A DNA stretch of 60,872 nucleotides. It comes from Candidatus Methylomirabilota bacterium (lineage in GTDB: Bacteria; Methylomirabilota; Methylomirabilia; Rokubacteriales; CSP1-6). The stretch covers positions 1 to 60,872 of the forward strand of contig DASSSH010000180.1 of the NCBI GenBank assembly GCA_035708525.1. The letters are read 5' to 3'. The position numbers and the translations under genes are program-made. Positions 59,743 through 60,872 of this stretch are shown here, piece after piece; within the stretch, counting starts at the first letter, position 1, and each line of letters opens with the position of its first letter. The notes under the pieces are model-generated. The model made no database searches. It had not been told where the DNA came from and saw only the letters and a list, made by a program, of their open reading frames with translations.

Positions 59743-60872
59743 GGATCACGGTAAAGCCGGTCGCGCGCTTGACGGGAGCTCTCGAGGTCCCGGGAGACAA
59801 GTCCATCTCCCACCGCGCGGCGCTGTTCGGCGCCCTCGCCGACGGCCGGACCGAGATCACCGGCTTCCTCGAAGGCGAGGATTGCCTCAGCACCCTCAAA
59901 GCCGTCCGCGCGCTCGGCGCCGGCGTCACGCGCAAGGGCCCGGGCCATTACCTGGTGGACGGCGCCGGGCTGACCGGCCTGGGCGAGCCCGACGATGTCA
60001 TCGACTGCGGCAATTCCGGGACGACGGCGCGGCTGCTCCTGGGGGTACTGGCGGGCCAGCCGTTCTGGACGGTGCTCACGGGCGACGACTCGCTCCGGCG
60101 GCGTCCCATGGGGCGAGTGGTCGAGCCGCTCAGACAGATGGGCGCGACCGTGGTCGGCCGAGACGGCGGCAAGCGCCTGCCGCTGGCCGTCTGCGGAGCC
60201 CGCCCCCTGAGGGCGCTCCGCTATTCGTCGCCCGTGGCGTCGGCGCAGGTCAAGACGGCGCTGCTCCTCGCCGGGCTCTGGGCCGATGGCCCGGTGACCG
60301 TGGAGGAGCCGGCCGCCTCGCGGGACCACACGGAACGGATGCTCGCGGGCTTCGGCGCGCGGCTCACCGTCTCCCCGCGGCGCGTGAGCATCACCCCCGG
60401 CGGCCGACTCACCGGCCAGCCGATCGCGGTGCCGGGGGACATCTCCTCGGCGGCCTTCTTCCTCGTGGCCGCGGCGATCCTGCCGGAGGCCTCGGTCACG
60501 GTGAGAAACGTCGGTGTCAATCCTACCCGCACGGGCGCGCTGGACGTGTTGCAGGCCATGGGAGCGCGGATCAGCCGTCCCGAGGGCGGCGCCAGCGGCA
60601 GCGAGCCGGCCGCCGATCTCACGGTGCAGGGCGGGACCCTGAGAGCCACGGCGATCGCAGGCGACCTGGTCCCGCGGCTGATCGACGAGGTGCCGGTTCT
60701 CACCGTCGCGGCCTGCGTCGCCGACGGCGTGACCGTGATCCGGGACGCGGCCGAGCTTCGGGTCAAGGAATCCGACCGCATCGCGACTGTCGCCACGCAG
60801 CTGGCCCGCATGGGCGCCGATGTCGCCGAGCGCCCCGACGGGCTCGAGATCCGCGGGGGACGGCGGCTGCGG
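59739..60872 (+). CDS. aroA: 3-phosphoshikimate 1-carboxyvinyltransferase (EPSP synthase), partial (3' end beyond the right edge)
   Basis: The GTG start in a GTGA overlap gives (M)RITVKPVARLTGALEVPGDKSISHRAALFGALADG... The frame is open to the window end. It is not in the ORF track because it runs off the edge. Confidence 0.92.
   Translation, partial: MRITVKPVARLTGALEVPGDKSISHRAALFGALADGRTEITGFLEGEDCLSTLKAVRALGAGVTRKGPGHYLVDGAGLTGLGEPDDVIDCGNSGTTARLLLGVLAGQPFWTVLTGDDSLRRRPMGRVVEPLRQMGATVVGRDGGKRLPLAVCGARPLRALRYSSPVASAQVKTALLLAGLWADGPVTVEEPAASRDHTERMLAGFGARLTVSPRRVSITPGGRLTGQPIAVPGDISSAAFFLVAAAILPEASVTVRNVGVNPTRTGALDVLQAMGARISRPEGGASGSEPAADLTVQGGTLRATAIAGDLVPRLIDEVPVLTVAACVADGVTVIRDAAELRVKESDRIATVATQLARMGADVAERPDGLEIRGGRRLR

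Overview
This is a 60.9-kb, very GC-rich window (roughly two-thirds or more G+C by eye). It comes from a diderm (LPS-producing) bacterium; I cannot assign a taxon from the sequence alone. I call 53 protein-coding genes. 52 of them lie on the + strand in one nearly uninterrupted co-directional array, and by my start calls 28 of its 51 gene junctions are stop/start overlaps. The single minus-strand gene is an edge-truncated secreted repeat protein at 1-294. The content is overwhelmingly core housekeeping, in this order:
- an exported M16 peptidase pair plus a rhomboid protease
- a nucleotidyltransferase/PGM-like fusion
- tlyA-nadK-recN, secA, smc, rodZ-ftsY
- the riboflavin operon (ribD-ribE-ribBA-ribH) and nusB
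- a metallophosphoesterase, lnt, prfB (with the classic +1 frameshift) and lysS
- lolC/lolD and clpC
- a ~21-kb outer-membrane/LPS block: bamA-skp-lpxD-lpxA-oxidoreductase-lpxI-lpxB-DUF374-waaA-lpxK-waaF, five GT4 glycosyltransferases, gmhB-hldA-hldC-waaC and a GT2
- trpS, scpA-scpB-rluB and pheA-hisC-tyrA-aroA (aroA runs off the right edge)

I saw no rRNA, tRNA, CRISPR array, transposase/integrase or obvious defence or toxin-antitoxin module. I did not find a convincing new multi-gene system. The most unusual signals are small-scale:
- Two genes (a metallophosphoesterase and rluB) encode essential N-terminal domains upstream of any ATG/GTG/TTG codon.
- Two promoter-like TTGAyy-N17/18-TACACT elements sit immediately next to ATG codons that lack a Shine-Dalgarno, which suggests leaderless mRNAs.
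- A 17-bp-spaced direct repeat lies upstream of clpC.
- The secreted protein at the left edge is built from SQDVQAPR octapeptide repeats.
- The PGM-like domain has non-canonical catalytic loops.
- Uncharacterised genes (DUF374, a Gfo/Idh/MocA oxidoreductase) are embedded in the lipid A operon.

The many long antisense and alternate-frame ORFs in the supplied track are GC-rich artefacts.
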